Positions 49,406 through 59,679 of a DNA stretch of 64,000 nucleotides are shown piece by piece. The notes beneath the pieces were generated by a model. That model worked only from the letters and a program-made list of their open reading frames with translations. It did not search any database and was not told where the DNA came from. A program made the translations under genes and the position numbers. Position 1 is the first letter of the stretch; the number at the start of each line of letters is the position of its first letter. Source of the stretch: Nitrosopumilus sp. (GTDB lineage Archaea > Thermoproteota > Nitrososphaeria > Nitrososphaerales > Nitrosopumilaceae); the NCBI GenBank assembly GCA_965206745.1, contig OZ242220.1, forward strand, positions 1,632,001-1,696,000, in the 5' to 3' direction.

Positions 49406-50017
49406 ATGACGGAATTTGTACAACCTGTTGTAGATCTAGATGCATTTAACTGCCCACATTGTGGGTCATATTCTGATCAGTTTTGGAATTCAATTATGCA
49501 TGGTGAGAGAATTGAGGGATTTGATGTAGGTAGATGTAGAAGATGTAGGGAAATCACAATTTGGAAAGATGCAGCGATGATATTTCCATCAACAGGCAAT
49601 GTAGCAATGCCAAATCCCGATATACCAGATGAAATTAAAAATGATTATAATGAAGCACGAGATATAGTTTCACGTTCTCCAAGATCAGCATGTGCATTAC
49701 TAAGATTATGTATCGAAAAAATATGTACAGAGAAAGTACCAACAGGTAAAGACCTGAATGAAAAAATAAAAAAATTGGCAGAAAAAGGACTAAATGACAA
49801 AATAATAAACGCACTAGATTCTGTCAGAGTGATCGGCGGACAAGCAGTTCACCCTTTGAAAATGGATTTGAAAGATGATGTAAATACTGCAACTAAACTG
49901 TTTGATATTATCAATTATATTTCAGACTGGGCTTATACGAAGGAAAAAACCATAGATCATATTTTCAAGAGTTTGCCAGAAGGAAAAAAAGAAGCAATCG
50001 AGAAAAGAGATTCATAG
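49406..50017 (+). CDS. DUF4145 (HEPN-like) protein with N-terminal Zn ribbon
   Basis: FNCPHC...CRRC; DYNEARDI...SACALLRLCIEK...VRVIGGQAVHP. Confidence 0.85.
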   Translation: MTEFVQPVVDLDAFNCPHCGSYSDQFWNSIMHGERIEGFDVGRCRRCREITIWKDAAMIFPSTGNVAMPNPDIPDEIKNDYNEARDIVSRSPRSACALLRLCIEKICTEKVPTGKDLNEKIKKLAEKGLNDKIINALDSVRVIGGQAVHPLKMDLKDDVNTATKLFDIINYISDWAYTKEKTIDHIFKSLPEGKKEAIEKRDS

Positions 50018-50166
50018 ATATTATGATTTTGATGTTATAAGATATGATTTTTGAATTGCCAGATCAAACCTTGCAGGAAAAATAAATCATCATAATTTGA
50101 CACTATCCTCCAGATATGGTGCTATTTAGATTGGCGTTTTGAGTAATACTTTATAGCATATGTTGT

Positions 50167-50448
50167 ATGTTAGAATGTATGAGTGAAACTCTGTCTACGC
50201 TTAATGAACAAGTTTTGGAAAAAATCTGTCAAACGGTATTGAGTAGAAATCCTCGAAATACAAATCATCAAAATGACAAAGATATTATTTATTTTAAAGG
50301 CTTCTGCAGTGGTTCAATTCATAATCAATATCTTCAATATTACAATTCAACAAATATGAAAATCCCATCTGTTCAAGAAATAGATCAGATGTTAGATATT
50401 GTGAAGATGAGAATCGATGATTTTTTTGATAATAGCACACATACGTAA
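50167..50448 (+). CDS. Hypothetical protein
   Basis: 93-aa ORF preceded by a tttata box. Confidence 0.5.
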   Translation: MLECMSETLSTLNEQVLEKICQTVLSRNPRNTNHQNDKDIIYFKGFCSGSIHNQYLQYYNSTNMKIPSVQEIDQMLDIVKMRIDDFFDNSTHT

Positions 50449-50555
50449 AAATGATACCACCATATCAAAAATAAAAAGAGATTGAACTGATTGCTTGATA
50501 AGAATAAAACAGTACACACTGTTTAGTATTTTCACTCACCTATACAATAGGTGAA

Positions 50556-50630
50556 GTTTTCAACTTATCTCTATGTATATTCTAATCATCCTACATATGG
50601 AGAATGTACTGAAACATTCTAACTTTACAG
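50556..50630. repeat. Inverted copy of 3813-3888, next to the hairpin tcacctat-aca-ataggtga (50536-50554)
   Basis: Direct sequence comparison. Confidence 0.85.
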
Positions 50631-50703
50631 ATGAATAAAACCTAGACTCAATTAAACAGTGTAAGATCTCCAATAAATTAAGCTAGTTTGAAGAAAGAGA
50701 TTT

Positions 50704-51660
50704 TTAAGATCGTCCGATTGGAAAATTAAAAAGAAAAGTATTACCAATTCCTTTTGAAGTGGGTTCAGTTTCATCAGATGGTGATTTTTGTTGCCACTTG
50801 TATGGTTTAGCATAGAGTAGCTGGATTTCAGGGTATTTGAATGCAAATTCAGAGAATGCAAAGCAGTGAACTTTGGGACCACCATTAACAAGACAGATAT
50901 CATATTCATTATTGTATTTAGAGTAGATTTCCTCTAGTTTTGCAAGTGTTTCTTTTGGATTCAATGCAGGAATTTTTATAAAATCAGAATCAACTATAAT
51001 TTTTTCACATTGTTTAATGGTAAATTCATTCCATCTTTCACGATCTCCTTCAGAATATTCTGCCAATGTAATGATCTTATCATGTCCCCATTCTTCTATT
51101 ACTGAGCGCAATCGCAAATGTTCCCAACCTAAAAACAAGACCAACAAGATCTTTTTGGATTGATCAGGAATGCCCGGATTAGTGGGCATGATGACTATCT
51201 CTTCCAACCCTTGAGCAAAATTCATGGTGTAATCTTTAGGTTCAGAGTATGCCAAATGTACTTTGAGTCTTTTTTGTATGCAAATATTGAGAATCGAATA
51301 CAAAAATAATCTTGTAAATGATGTAACATCAATCAGTACACTTTCAACATTATCCAAATTTTGAATTAACATGTCATTAAAATCAGTAGGATTGTTAGGT
51401 GTGATTCTAAATATTTTTTTTTCTTCAGTCATAGGCGACAAAAGAGTCTTGATTTTTTCAAGATGTTCCAAGTTTTTATTCATTAAAGCAGAATCAGCAG
51501 GTTTGAATAAATTGATCAAAGCACGATCGAATTTGGTGTTATTTTGTGCTTTTTGTAGACATCCCAAGGTTCGTTCTTCGTATCCTGCCGAACACAAGAA
51601 GAGGTCATATCGATCAAGCAAATTATTTTGAAGATTATATTCAACATTATTAGAATTCAT
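50704..51660 (-). CDS. Partner of the ATPase-SIR2 fusion, with tandem Rossmann/CARF-like folds
   Basis: SAGYEERT, VLIDVTSFTR, AYSEPKDY, LFLGWE, CLVNGGPKVH; 4-bp overlap with the upstream gene. Confidence 0.55.
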   Translation of the reverse strand: MNSNNVEYNLQNNLLDRYDLFLCSAGYEERTLGCLQKAQNNTKFDRALINLFKPADSALMNKNLEHLEKIKTLLSPMTEEKKIFRITPNNPTDFNDMLIQNLDNVESVLIDVTSFTRLFLYSILNICIQKRLKVHLAYSEPKDYTMNFAQGLEEIVIMPTNPGIPDQSKKILLVLFLGWEHLRLRSVIEEWGHDKIITLAEYSEGDRERWNEFTIKQCEKIIVDSDFIKIPALNPKETLAKLEEIYSKYNNEYDICLVNGGPKVHCFAFSEFAFKYPEIQLLYAKPYKWQQKSPSDETEPTSKGIGNTFLFNFPIGRS

Positions 51661-53960
51661 GGTTTTTGCATCTCATCATATATGGCATCAATTAATGTCT
51701 CTCCTCTAATAGTTAACGGAATAATTCCATTTGATTTTAAGATATTCTTTTTTTCTTCAGAGCCTGATAATATTACAGCATATGAAGAAAGTCGAACGCT
51801 TCCTTGGATTTTCTTTATAAAATTAAAAATTGTTTGAAAATCCAAATCTTCCATATCATAGCCTAAAAAGAGGAAATGCTTACGAACCATACTGTTTTTT
51901 AATGCATTCATTATTGCAGGCCTAGTCTCTTCAATTTTAAGCGAATCATCCCTAGTTATGACAAACATGTCTAGATGATCAAAATCTCCATGCAATTTGT
52001 ATATCAGCGGTTTCCCAGAGCCAGCGATTGACAAGTGTTCATCTGTAACAATTTTTTCTATATCAAGAGATGATTTTTTAAATTCTTCTTCTATAGAGAT
52101 GTCCCAATTTGTTGTAAAAATTTCATCAAAACCTAATTTTACTAATTTTGTATAAGAATTTGAGTTTTTCGTCTTTGCACTCATTAATTCGCTTTTAATA
52201 AATTTGATTAGATCTCCTCGTTCTCTTTCTTCTAAAACTCTTTCAGCAATTGTGGGTAAATCATCTCCAACAAATTCTATTCCAAAATGATTGGCAATTT
52301 TTTCAGCCAATTTATGTCCTGATGGATAACCTAATTCGGTTGAAAGTCCCGAACCAACAAAAATTCCCAATTGATTATTTTTTGCATGTACTACTAATTC
52401 ACGTATAGCAGTTAAATGAGGATCAAGTGTTCCAGTTAATTTGATTGGTTTTGGTCTACTTTTCAAGACAACAGATATTCCTTTAATAGTACTAGATTTA
52501 TCTACTAAATTTTCTAGATCTTGAGATGACATTTCACATACTTGATGTGTTTTGATTGGAAGATCAAAGTAAGGTAATAATGCATTTAGCAATGTCAGAG
52601 ATTCTAATTTAAATCCTTCACGGGATTCTCGCTCCTTAGAAGGTATCATCAAATAATTTCTTTCAATAGCTAATGAAAGCAAGTCATATGTTTCATCAGA
52701 AAGATTCTGAGGATCTTTTATTCCTATTTGGAGATAATGTCTTTTAGTTTTAATAAAATAATTACTAAACAATCGACCAATTTTTAAGATCACAGAACGA
52801 AATAAAGGAGGAGATATTTTTGGAATGTAATCAATACTGGCCATTAATTCCTGCGAAAATTTTTTTACTGCATTTTGTTGAGTTGCATATGGAATATTTT
52901 TTTCGGTATCAGACCACAAAGAAATTGTTTTATTTAATAATTTTAAAAAGGTTCTAGGATTACCAGAAGAAAGTAAAACAAAATTTTCAAAACCAGAATA
53001 GTTTGGAGTCTTAGTATGTTGAGGGATTTCTGTTTCTAACAAAGATTCTATATCAAGGTTAAATGGTTTTAATCTTTTATTGGCAATATCTTTAAGGAAA
53101 TTTTTCATTGAATCAAACTCAGGAGATTTTCCACTGATATTTTTGGTTCCAATTTCAACCACTTCAAAATCAGAATGAAGTTCAATGGACCTATCATCTT
53201 GCCCTCTATCAATAGAGAATTTTGGAGGAAGTGTAGCTATTTTAAAAACAGGAGTTCTGAGTGAAACGATTTCATTAATAGTTTGTTGTTGAAAATTAGT
53301 TAACTCATGATATTCATCCAATAAGATTGAAAGTGATCTTTCGTTGAATTGTAAAATATTTTCTACAAAGACTTCCTGTAATTTTGAAATAAATGAAGTA
53401 ACAGTCAAGGTAGCAGAAATTTTGTGACTCATATTTTTATAAGTAGAATTTATGGATTTTTGTACCTCACCTCTAAGAAGTTCAAATGAAATTTTCTTAT
53501 CATATCCTAAAATTTGGCTAATTTTTTTACATACGTTGACTTCTTCTGCATCACTAATTTTAATTAATGATATTCGTTTAAGTTTAGAAAAATCCTTAAA
53601 CAATACATCACAAACAGTGAGATTAAAAATATGTGTAAAATTTTCTTTCCAAATTTCAGTGGGATTACCATTTTCATCCAACTTTTCTTTTGTTCCGTCA
53701 AAATAGTGTTTGTGACAGTTTACATAAATGCCATTAAATTTTTGGTCATACGGATCTTGCGTTTTAGATTTATATCGTTCAAATTGTACTGGCATTGATA
53801 GATAATGGAGAATCATGGATTTTCCTGAGCCTCTTGGACCAAGCAGAAAAATATTTTCATGTTCAGTGATTTTTTTGTAAGCTATAAGAGGTACAAATAA
53901 TGTTTTTATTTCCTTACTTTGTAAGCGATCAGAAGGAATTGATTTGATATCTATGCCCAT
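51657..53960 (-). CDS. P-loop ATPase (ORC/CDC6-like or STAND-like) fused to a C-terminal SIR2 domain
   Basis: GPRGSGKS, LLDEYHE, SSGNPRTFL; GIFVGSGLS, FTTNWD, KLHGD, FLGYDMED. Confidence 0.85.
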   Translation of the reverse strand: MGIDIKSIPSDRLQSKEIKTLFVPLIAYKKITEHENIFLLGPRGSGKSMILHYLSMPVQFERYKSKTQDPYDQKFNGIYVNCHKHYFDGTKEKLDENGNPTEIWKENFTHIFNLTVCDVLFKDFSKLKRISLIKISDAEEVNVCKKISQILGYDKKISFELLRGEVQKSINSTYKNMSHKISATLTVTSFISKLQEVFVENILQFNERSLSILLDEYHELTNFQQQTINEIVSLRTPVFKIATLPPKFSIDRGQDDRSIELHSDFEVVEIGTKNISGKSPEFDSMKNFLKDIANKRLKPFNLDIESLLETEIPQHTKTPNYSGFENFVLLSSGNPRTFLKLLNKTISLWSDTEKNIPYATQQNAVKKFSQELMASIDYIPKISPPLFRSVILKIGRLFSNYFIKTKRHYLQIGIKDPQNLSDETYDLLSLAIERNYLMIPSKERESREGFKLESLTLLNALLPYFDLPIKTHQVCEMSSQDLENLVDKSSTIKGISVVLKSRPKPIKLTGTLDPHLTAIRELVVHAKNNQLGIFVGSGLSTELGYPSGHKLAEKIANHFGIEFVGDDLPTIAERVLEERERGDLIKFIKSELMSAKTKNSNSYTKLVKLGFDEIFTTNWDISIEEEFKKSSLDIEKIVTDEHLSIAGSGKPLIYKLHGDFDHLDMFVITRDDSLKIEETRPAIMNALKNSMVRKHFLFLGYDMEDLDFQTIFNFIKKIQGSVRLSSYAVILSGSEEKKNILKSNGIIPLTIRGETLIDAIYDEMQKP

Positions 53961-54093
53961 ATCGTTATTAATTTATACAAAGATAATAATCATTTGTACT
54001 TACATTCATTTTCAAGATTCTATGTAATCTTGAGGATGTAGACGTGTAGTTTGGTACATGACATACCTAAATCACAAAGAAACCAATGAATTA

Positions 54094-54357
54094 TCATACT
54101 GCTTTTGCCATTTTATAATTTTCTTTGATGTAAGAGTTGTAGTTCTGAACTGCAAAGTTGTTTTCTCTGTACTGTTTGCAGATATCATCTGATGAAAAGT
54201 CCACCTCACCGCCCGGATTTAATGACAAAATCATGATTGGCGGATTTTTGCGTATTGCAGAATAGAAAACCTGGAATCCGGATCTCCATTTGGGAAATTC
54301 ACACCATTTATCATACGTGTCCGAGTTTAGCTTTTCTGCCCACTTTTGGATATCCAT
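54094..54357 (-). pseudogene. Truncated uracil-DNA-glycosylase-like fragment
   Basis: IMILSLNPGG resembles the first UDG-superfamily motif; only 87 aa. Confidence 0.35.
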
Positions 54358-54681
54358 TGAAAATTAAGGTACAAATCTGTCTTAAGTGTTGAACAGTAGG
54401 GCATCCAACGGGATGGAAAGGTTCTGATAAGATACGGTGATCAGACTATTATTTGTGAGCAGAGCAGGCATTATTCAATATACTATTACCACAGTGTAAA
54501 GTATGGAGGAATGGTGTTAAAATGAGAACGATGGCTCTGGCCACAAATGATGAACAGAACGCCATGTTTGATGAGTCCCAGTTATCTTTAGGCATATAAC
54601 CGACTAATTTTGCAATAAAATTATTCATATGATTTGCAGATCCATTTCTGTATGACCAACCAACTAAAACTGGAAAGAATC

Positions 54682-55260
54682 TCAAACTCTAACTCTACGG
54701 TTTTTCACATAATGGATTAGGAAAACTGCCAACATTACAGGCAGTGTCACTATGATTACAGGTAAAAGCAAATATGATTCAGAAGGGTATATTTCCCAAT
54801 AGCATTGTAAACTGTTTTGCTGTATGTAGGACTCATCTTCCTGTAATTGATGAATGCCCCAATAACAGAAAGGAGCACCCTCTACAACCATTCCAAATAT
54901 CATGAGTATCTGGATTGGTATGGTCAAACATATGAGAATTTTGACTATCTTTTTCACATAATGGATTAGGAAAACGTTCAACACTATGGGCATTGTTATT
55001 ATGGTTACAGGTAAAATGAAAAATAATTTAAACAAAGCACCTATCTCCCAAGTACATTCAATTGTTTCAACACTATTCCGATAAAGAAGATTGGAAGAAT
55101 TCCTATCTTCTGTCATATACTGCCCTATCTCATAACAGAAAGGAGAACCAGTAGCCGCCAGTCCAAGCGTCGCAGTCATCTGGATTGGCAGGCTCAAACA
55201 TATGAGAATTACGACTATATTTCTCATGTTAGTCCTTAGAAGGGTTCGAAGAGAGGCCAT
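54682..55260 (-). CDS. Four-TM protein made of two fused TM-loop-TM units
   Basis: ILICLxxPIQ...PFCY-loop-CxWEI...LPVxIxTxP occurs twice. Confidence 0.8.
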   Translation of the reverse strand: MASLRTLLRTNMRNIVVILICLSLPIQMTATLGLAATGSPFCYEIGQYMTEDRNSSNLLYRNSVETIECTWEIGALFKLFFILPVTIITMPIVLNVFLIHYVKKIVKILICLTIPIQILMIFGMVVEGAPFCYWGIHQLQEDESYIQQNSLQCYWEIYPSESYLLLPVIIVTLPVMLAVFLIHYVKNRRVRV

Positions 55261-55484
55261 CTATTGTTCACTGCTAGTTTGGATCATTGCTTTGATTTAA
55301 CTGATTCATGATCTTGGCCAAACATAGTGTTCCACTCGACTCTGATTACAAATGATGAACAGAACGCCATGTTTGACCAGAGCCCCAGTTTAGGCATATG
55401 ACTAACTAATTTCCCAATAAAATTATTCACGTGATTTGCAGATCCATATTGTACATGACAGATCAGCTAAAACTGGAAAGAATC

Positions 55485-55763
55485 TCAAACTCTTTTATAG
55501 TTTTTTACAAAATGGATTAGGAAAACGTTCAACACTATGGGCATTGTTATTATGGTTACAGGTAAAACATTATATGATTTAAAAAAAGCATCTATTTCCC
55601 AAGAGCATTGAAAATAGAGGGGTTGTACAGATGCCTCACCTCTTTCATTTGGAGGATCATGATAATAATAACAGAAAGGAGCAGTATGTACAGCTATTCC
55701 CATTATCATGGATATCTGGATTGGTATGGTCAAACATATGAGAATTATGACTATCTTTTTCAT
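55485..55763 (-). CDS. Two-TM protein, single TM-loop-TM unit
   Basis: Same framework; loop YYHDPPNERGEASVQPLYFQ. Confidence 0.8.
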   Translation of the reverse strand: MKKIVIILICLTIPIQISMIMGIAVHTAPFCYYYHDPPNERGEASVQPLYFQCSWEIDAFFKSYNVLPVTIITMPIVLNVFLIHFVKNYKRV

Positions 55764-56015
55764 GTTAGATTATAGTTGTAAAAATGATCATCTATTATTC
55801 ATTGCTAGTTTGAACCATTGCTTTGATTTAACTTATCCATGGTCTTGGTCAAACTGGTCCACCCGTGCTCTGGCCACAAATGATGAACAGACCGCCATGT
55901 TTGACCAGTCCCAGTTATCTTTAGGTATAGAACTGACTAATTTTACAATAAAATTATTCACGTGATTTGCAGATCCATATTGTACATGACAGATCATCCA
56001 AAACTGGAAAGAATC

Positions 56016-56354
56016 TCAAACTCTAATTCTTCTTCTGTTTATCGCATAATAGATTGAGAAAACTATCAACACTATGGGCAGTGTTATTATGGTTAAAGGT
56101 AAAATTAAATATAATTTAAATAAAGCACCTATTTCCCAAGTACATTTAATTTCTATGTCAGAAAAAACCGCATGATTAGGATTGTAAGAATTCCTATCCT
56201 CTTCTGACATATAATCCCCTCTCTCATAACAGAAAGGAGAACCAGTACCCACCAGTCCAAACGTCATGGCTATCTGGATTGGTATGGTCAAACATATGAT
56301 AATTATGGCTATCTTTTTCGTGTTGGTCCTTAGAAGGGTTGAAAGAGAGGCCAT
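56016..56354 (-). CDS. Two-TM protein, single TM-loop-TM unit
   Basis: Same framework; loop ERGDYMSEEDRNSYNPNHAVFSDIEIK. Confidence 0.8.
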   Translation of the reverse strand: MASLSTLLRTNTKKIAIIIICLTIPIQIAMTFGLVGTGSPFCYERGDYMSEEDRNSYNPNHAVFSDIEIKCTWEIGALFKLYLILPLTIITLPIVLIVFSIYYAINRRRIRV

Positions 56355-56513
56355 CTGTTATTCACTGTTAATCTAGATCATTGCTTTGATTTAACTGATC
56401 CATGATCTTGGTCAAACTGGTCCACCCGTGCCCTGGCCACAAATGATGAACAGAACACCATATTTGATCAGAGCGATATAAAATATAAAAACTAGAATAG
56501 AGAAATCAAACTG

Positions 56514-58163
56514 ATGTATCTTGCACTTTGTGTGTTGTTGGTAGTAGCATTTGTACCTGCAGTGTATGCCGAACCGTGGAGTCCCTACTCCATAGAACGG
56601 CCACGTGCTGCAGTCTTTGAGATGCCTGACAAGCTTGACGGATTTGCGACAGGACGAGGATGTGACCGCATAGTTCTTCCGGAGGCAAAGACACAAGATG
56701 TATTTGTATATGAAAAAGATGACAAACTTGTAGACCCTACTCGTGACCCTTGGGATGACAATGGCACACTCATTTATGCGTACGATAAAGCCCAACTTTT
56801 AGTCAGTCAGGGAGCAGGCGAGACACTGATAATGCACGGGGATCAGGTGCCACAGTGGACTAGCGTATGCAAGTATGCAGGAAGGAATTATGTTGTAGAT
56901 AATGCAGATTATTACATAAGGAACAGTTCGGGAACCGGACATTTTTTTGATCCATTCACGGGATTTCATCACACTGATTTTAACAGCATAACCAGCAATC
57001 CGTTCTCATCAAACCCCTTTGAGTATATGGGATACAGCTCTAGAGAGTGGCCAGGAAAACTCATAATTCTAACTGATCAGGGATATCAAATGTTTGGCAT
57101 TGCTGCCCGTGGTGCAATGTCTGTAGTGGCAGAGTATAGGCCGCTGGATTCCACGTTAAATCTCAGGGTGGAGGGCATATACAAGCCGTATGTAGGCCTG
57201 CAAATTAGTAATACGCCTGACTTTTTTGACTTTGATTCAGAAAAATACGATGGAGGCATACTAGTCAACGGCCAAGTAACTCCGATAGGACCTGCGTTCA
57301 TTCCTAAACGTGGTGATTCTTTTACAATAGATGTAAAAGATGAGGAATGGGCACGTGCATGTTGGTACTTGCCTTCCTCCACTTGCCTTTCAGTTACTGC
57401 AAACATGACAGAACAGGGATGGTCTGAGCTAAGCCGTGATGCGGTATGGAAAAAGGCATCAGAGTGGTACCATCAGATGTACGACCAGGACTATCTCAAG
57501 GAGTACGGACAGATACCAGAGCCAGACTATAGGCTTTATCTTCCGTTTTCCCTTAAGAACAGAGGGTTGGTGACATATCATGATGCAACACTTGACATAG
57601 AGATACCTCTAAAGATGAATAATAACTATACGTATACAAAAAACTATCCTGACATGGGATGGTGTCGCGCACCAATGGTTCTGGTTGCAAAGTCTTCAGA
57701 AGATCTGCTTGGTGCATGTGTGATGCCAGATACTGCACAGACACTCATTGATAGAAAATGGGCACAAAAGATGCCCGAATTATCAGAGCAAAAACACAGA
57801 GAGCTTGCCCGATTTTTGGCATACTATGGACTGCAGCATGTGCCGGGTACGGCAGACCCGCACGATGCATTCAAGGCAGCCCTTTTGGGACTGCCGCATG
57901 TCGATGACGTCCATGTTCTTGAGACGACGCCAGGATTCTCATACAGGGATAAAGATTATGCCAAACATTACGACCAGACAGAATACAAGGCAATAAAATA
58001 TCTCAAAGAGGCCAAACCGGGATTTCTTGATTCATTGCCCTATATCTGGAACTCGCCTGAGCCGATAGATGATGAAATAGTATGCATGAGAAAAACTAGC
58101 AATTACAAGTACCCTGATGAGGCATGCCCTCCATCTGTACCTGCCATGCTGGAATTACAGTGA
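56514..58163 (+). CDS. Secreted/exported protein
   Basis: Signal peptide ending PAVYA; CRAPMVLVAK...ACVMPDTAQTLIDRKWA module, recalled from thaumarchaeal exported proteins. Confidence 0.75.
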   Translation: MYLALCVLLVVAFVPAVYAEPWSPYSIERPRAAVFEMPDKLDGFATGRGCDRIVLPEAKTQDVFVYEKDDKLVDPTRDPWDDNGTLIYAYDKAQLLVSQGAGETLIMHGDQVPQWTSVCKYAGRNYVVDNADYYIRNSSGTGHFFDPFTGFHHTDFNSITSNPFSSNPFEYMGYSSREWPGKLIILTDQGYQMFGIAARGAMSVVAEYRPLDSTLNLRVEGIYKPYVGLQISNTPDFFDFDSEKYDGGILVNGQVTPIGPAFIPKRGDSFTIDVKDEEWARACWYLPSSTCLSVTANMTEQGWSELSRDAVWKKASEWYHQMYDQDYLKEYGQIPEPDYRLYLPFSLKNRGLVTYHDATLDIEIPLKMNNNYTYTKNYPDMGWCRAPMVLVAKSSEDLLGACVMPDTAQTLIDRKWAQKMPELSEQKHRELARFLAYYGLQHVPGTADPHDAFKAALLGLPHVDDVHVLETTPGFSYRDKDYAKHYDQTEYKAIKYLKEAKPGFLDSLPYIWNSPEPIDDEIVCMRKTSNYKYPDEACPPSVPAMLELQ

Positions 58164-58556
58164 TTTTAAAAGATAAGATCATACATCGTCTGCTGTGAGT
58201 TCTGCTGTGCTGCATGAACTATGAGTCTTTGAGGCCATGTTTTCTGCAAGAGATGATTTGGAGAATGGCATTAAAAAAAAGAAAACATGATGAGATGAAA
58301 CCACGATTGCCCGGTATAATGGGATGAAACTAGGCATGAATCAATTTGATTTTGAGTTGGACCAGAGTGTGCTGGAAGTCAAATAATCATCTGAATGGAC
58401 TCAGCAGTAAAGCAGATATCTGCGTAATTGACAAGGTATTATTTTCAATTAATCAAGGGATTGCAAAAAGTTGGCATTTACATGATGTGTGCGTTTTTTT
58501 ACCAACAACAAAATAATTTGATTCATTGCAATTAAATGAATAACTGGAAAATAGGA

Positions 58557-59015
58557 TTAATTTCCAGCAATCCAACGTTCCGGTTCTGTAGTGTGAAGAA
58601 TATCAAATACCGTTCCATTGTAATATGTCAGCGTGCAAGGTCCAATATGAGCAACTGACATTCCCCAATGAATAGTGCCCAATGAACACTCATAGATATG
58701 TTTTTGAAGGTCATAATTTTTTGTTACGTCCCAAGTGGCAATCTCTAAACATCGTCCTATGTATCCTATCTGGATACATCTCTCAAAAATAAAATCATAG
58801 AAACCCCCCGTATATCCCCATCCTCTTTTCTCAAGAATTTCTGCTGATTCAGTCCAAACACAGTGAATTTTGTCACTGTTGAATTTTTTCATGGTGATTC
58901 TATCTCGATCACAATCATATAGACTCTGGTGGTGATCATGAGCATAAGCTGGTATGACAATCATCCCGATAACTGATACTACAAGCAATCCCAGCACAAT
59001 CATTCCAGCCATCAA
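58557..59015 (-). CDS. Secreted Cys-rich protein, tandem copy 1
   Basis: Signal peptide IPAYA; C...KK...CVWTESAEILEKRGW module. Confidence 0.8.
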   Translation of the reverse strand: MMAGMIVLGLLVVSVIGMIVIPAYAHDHHQSLYDCDRDRITMKKFNSDKIHCVWTESAEILEKRGWGYTGGFYDFIFERCIQIGYIGRCLEIATWDVTKNYDLQKHIYECSLGTIHWGMSVAHIGPCTLTYYNGTVFDILHTTEPERWIAGN

Positions 59016-59220
59016 AAGATTTAACGAGCAATGTTATTAAAATAATTTGTATGATGTAGTGAGAAGCAAAAGTTCATCGGGATATCTGATGTCGTCATCT
59101 AATTGATTATGACATCAAGTGTTTTCCAAACGTGTTCTTACTGATGTCCGATGTTTTTCCAATATCGAACCATAGTTTTCATGCAATGATGTAGCCATCA
59201 AATAAATAAGAAAAATCAGA

Positions 59221-59679
59221 TTAATTTCCAGCAATCCAACGTTCCGGTTCTGTAGTGTGAAGAATATCAAATACCGTTCCATTGTAATATGTCAGCGTGC
59301 AAGGTCCAATATGAGCAACTGACATTCCCCAAGGAATAGTGCCCAATGAACAATCAGAAATATTTTTTTGAAATTCATAATTTTTTGTTATGTCCCAAGT
59401 GCTACCCGATGAACATCGTCCTATGCCTCCAAAATTAATACAATGATCTAAAATAAAATCATAGAAAACCCCCGTATATCCCCAGCCTCTTTTCTCAAGA
59501 ATTGCTGCTGATTCAGTCCAAACACAGTGAATTTTGTCACTGTTGAATTTTTTCATGGTGATTCTATCTTGATCACAATCATATGGACTCTGATGGTGAT
59601 CATCAGCATAAGCTGGTATGACAATCATCCCGATAACTGACACTGCAAGCAATCCCAGTACAATGATTCCAGTCATCAA
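59221..59679 (-). CDS. Secreted Cys-rich protein, tandem copy 2
   Basis: Same length (152 aa) and near-identical termini to copy 1. Confidence 0.8.
   Translation of the reverse strand: MMTGIIVLGLLAVSVIGMIVIPAYADDHHQSPYDCDQDRITMKKFNSDKIHCVWTESAAILEKRGWGYTGVFYDFILDHCINFGGIGRCSSGSTWDITKNYEFQKNISDCSLGTIPWGMSVAHIGPCTLTYYNGTVFDILHTTEPERWIAGN

Larger units (their letters stand above)
54535..56470. repeat. Tandem array of three gene-plus-spacer units with conserved intergenic blocks
   Basis: acaaatgatgaacag block at about 54543, 55348, 55876 and 56439; aaaactggaaagaatctcaaactct at each gene end. Confidence 0.9.

Noticed and set aside
3813-50630. Casposon or integrated provirus
   Set aside because: No Cas1-like integrase, PolB, capsid, terminase or tyrosine recombinase was recognised between the repeats
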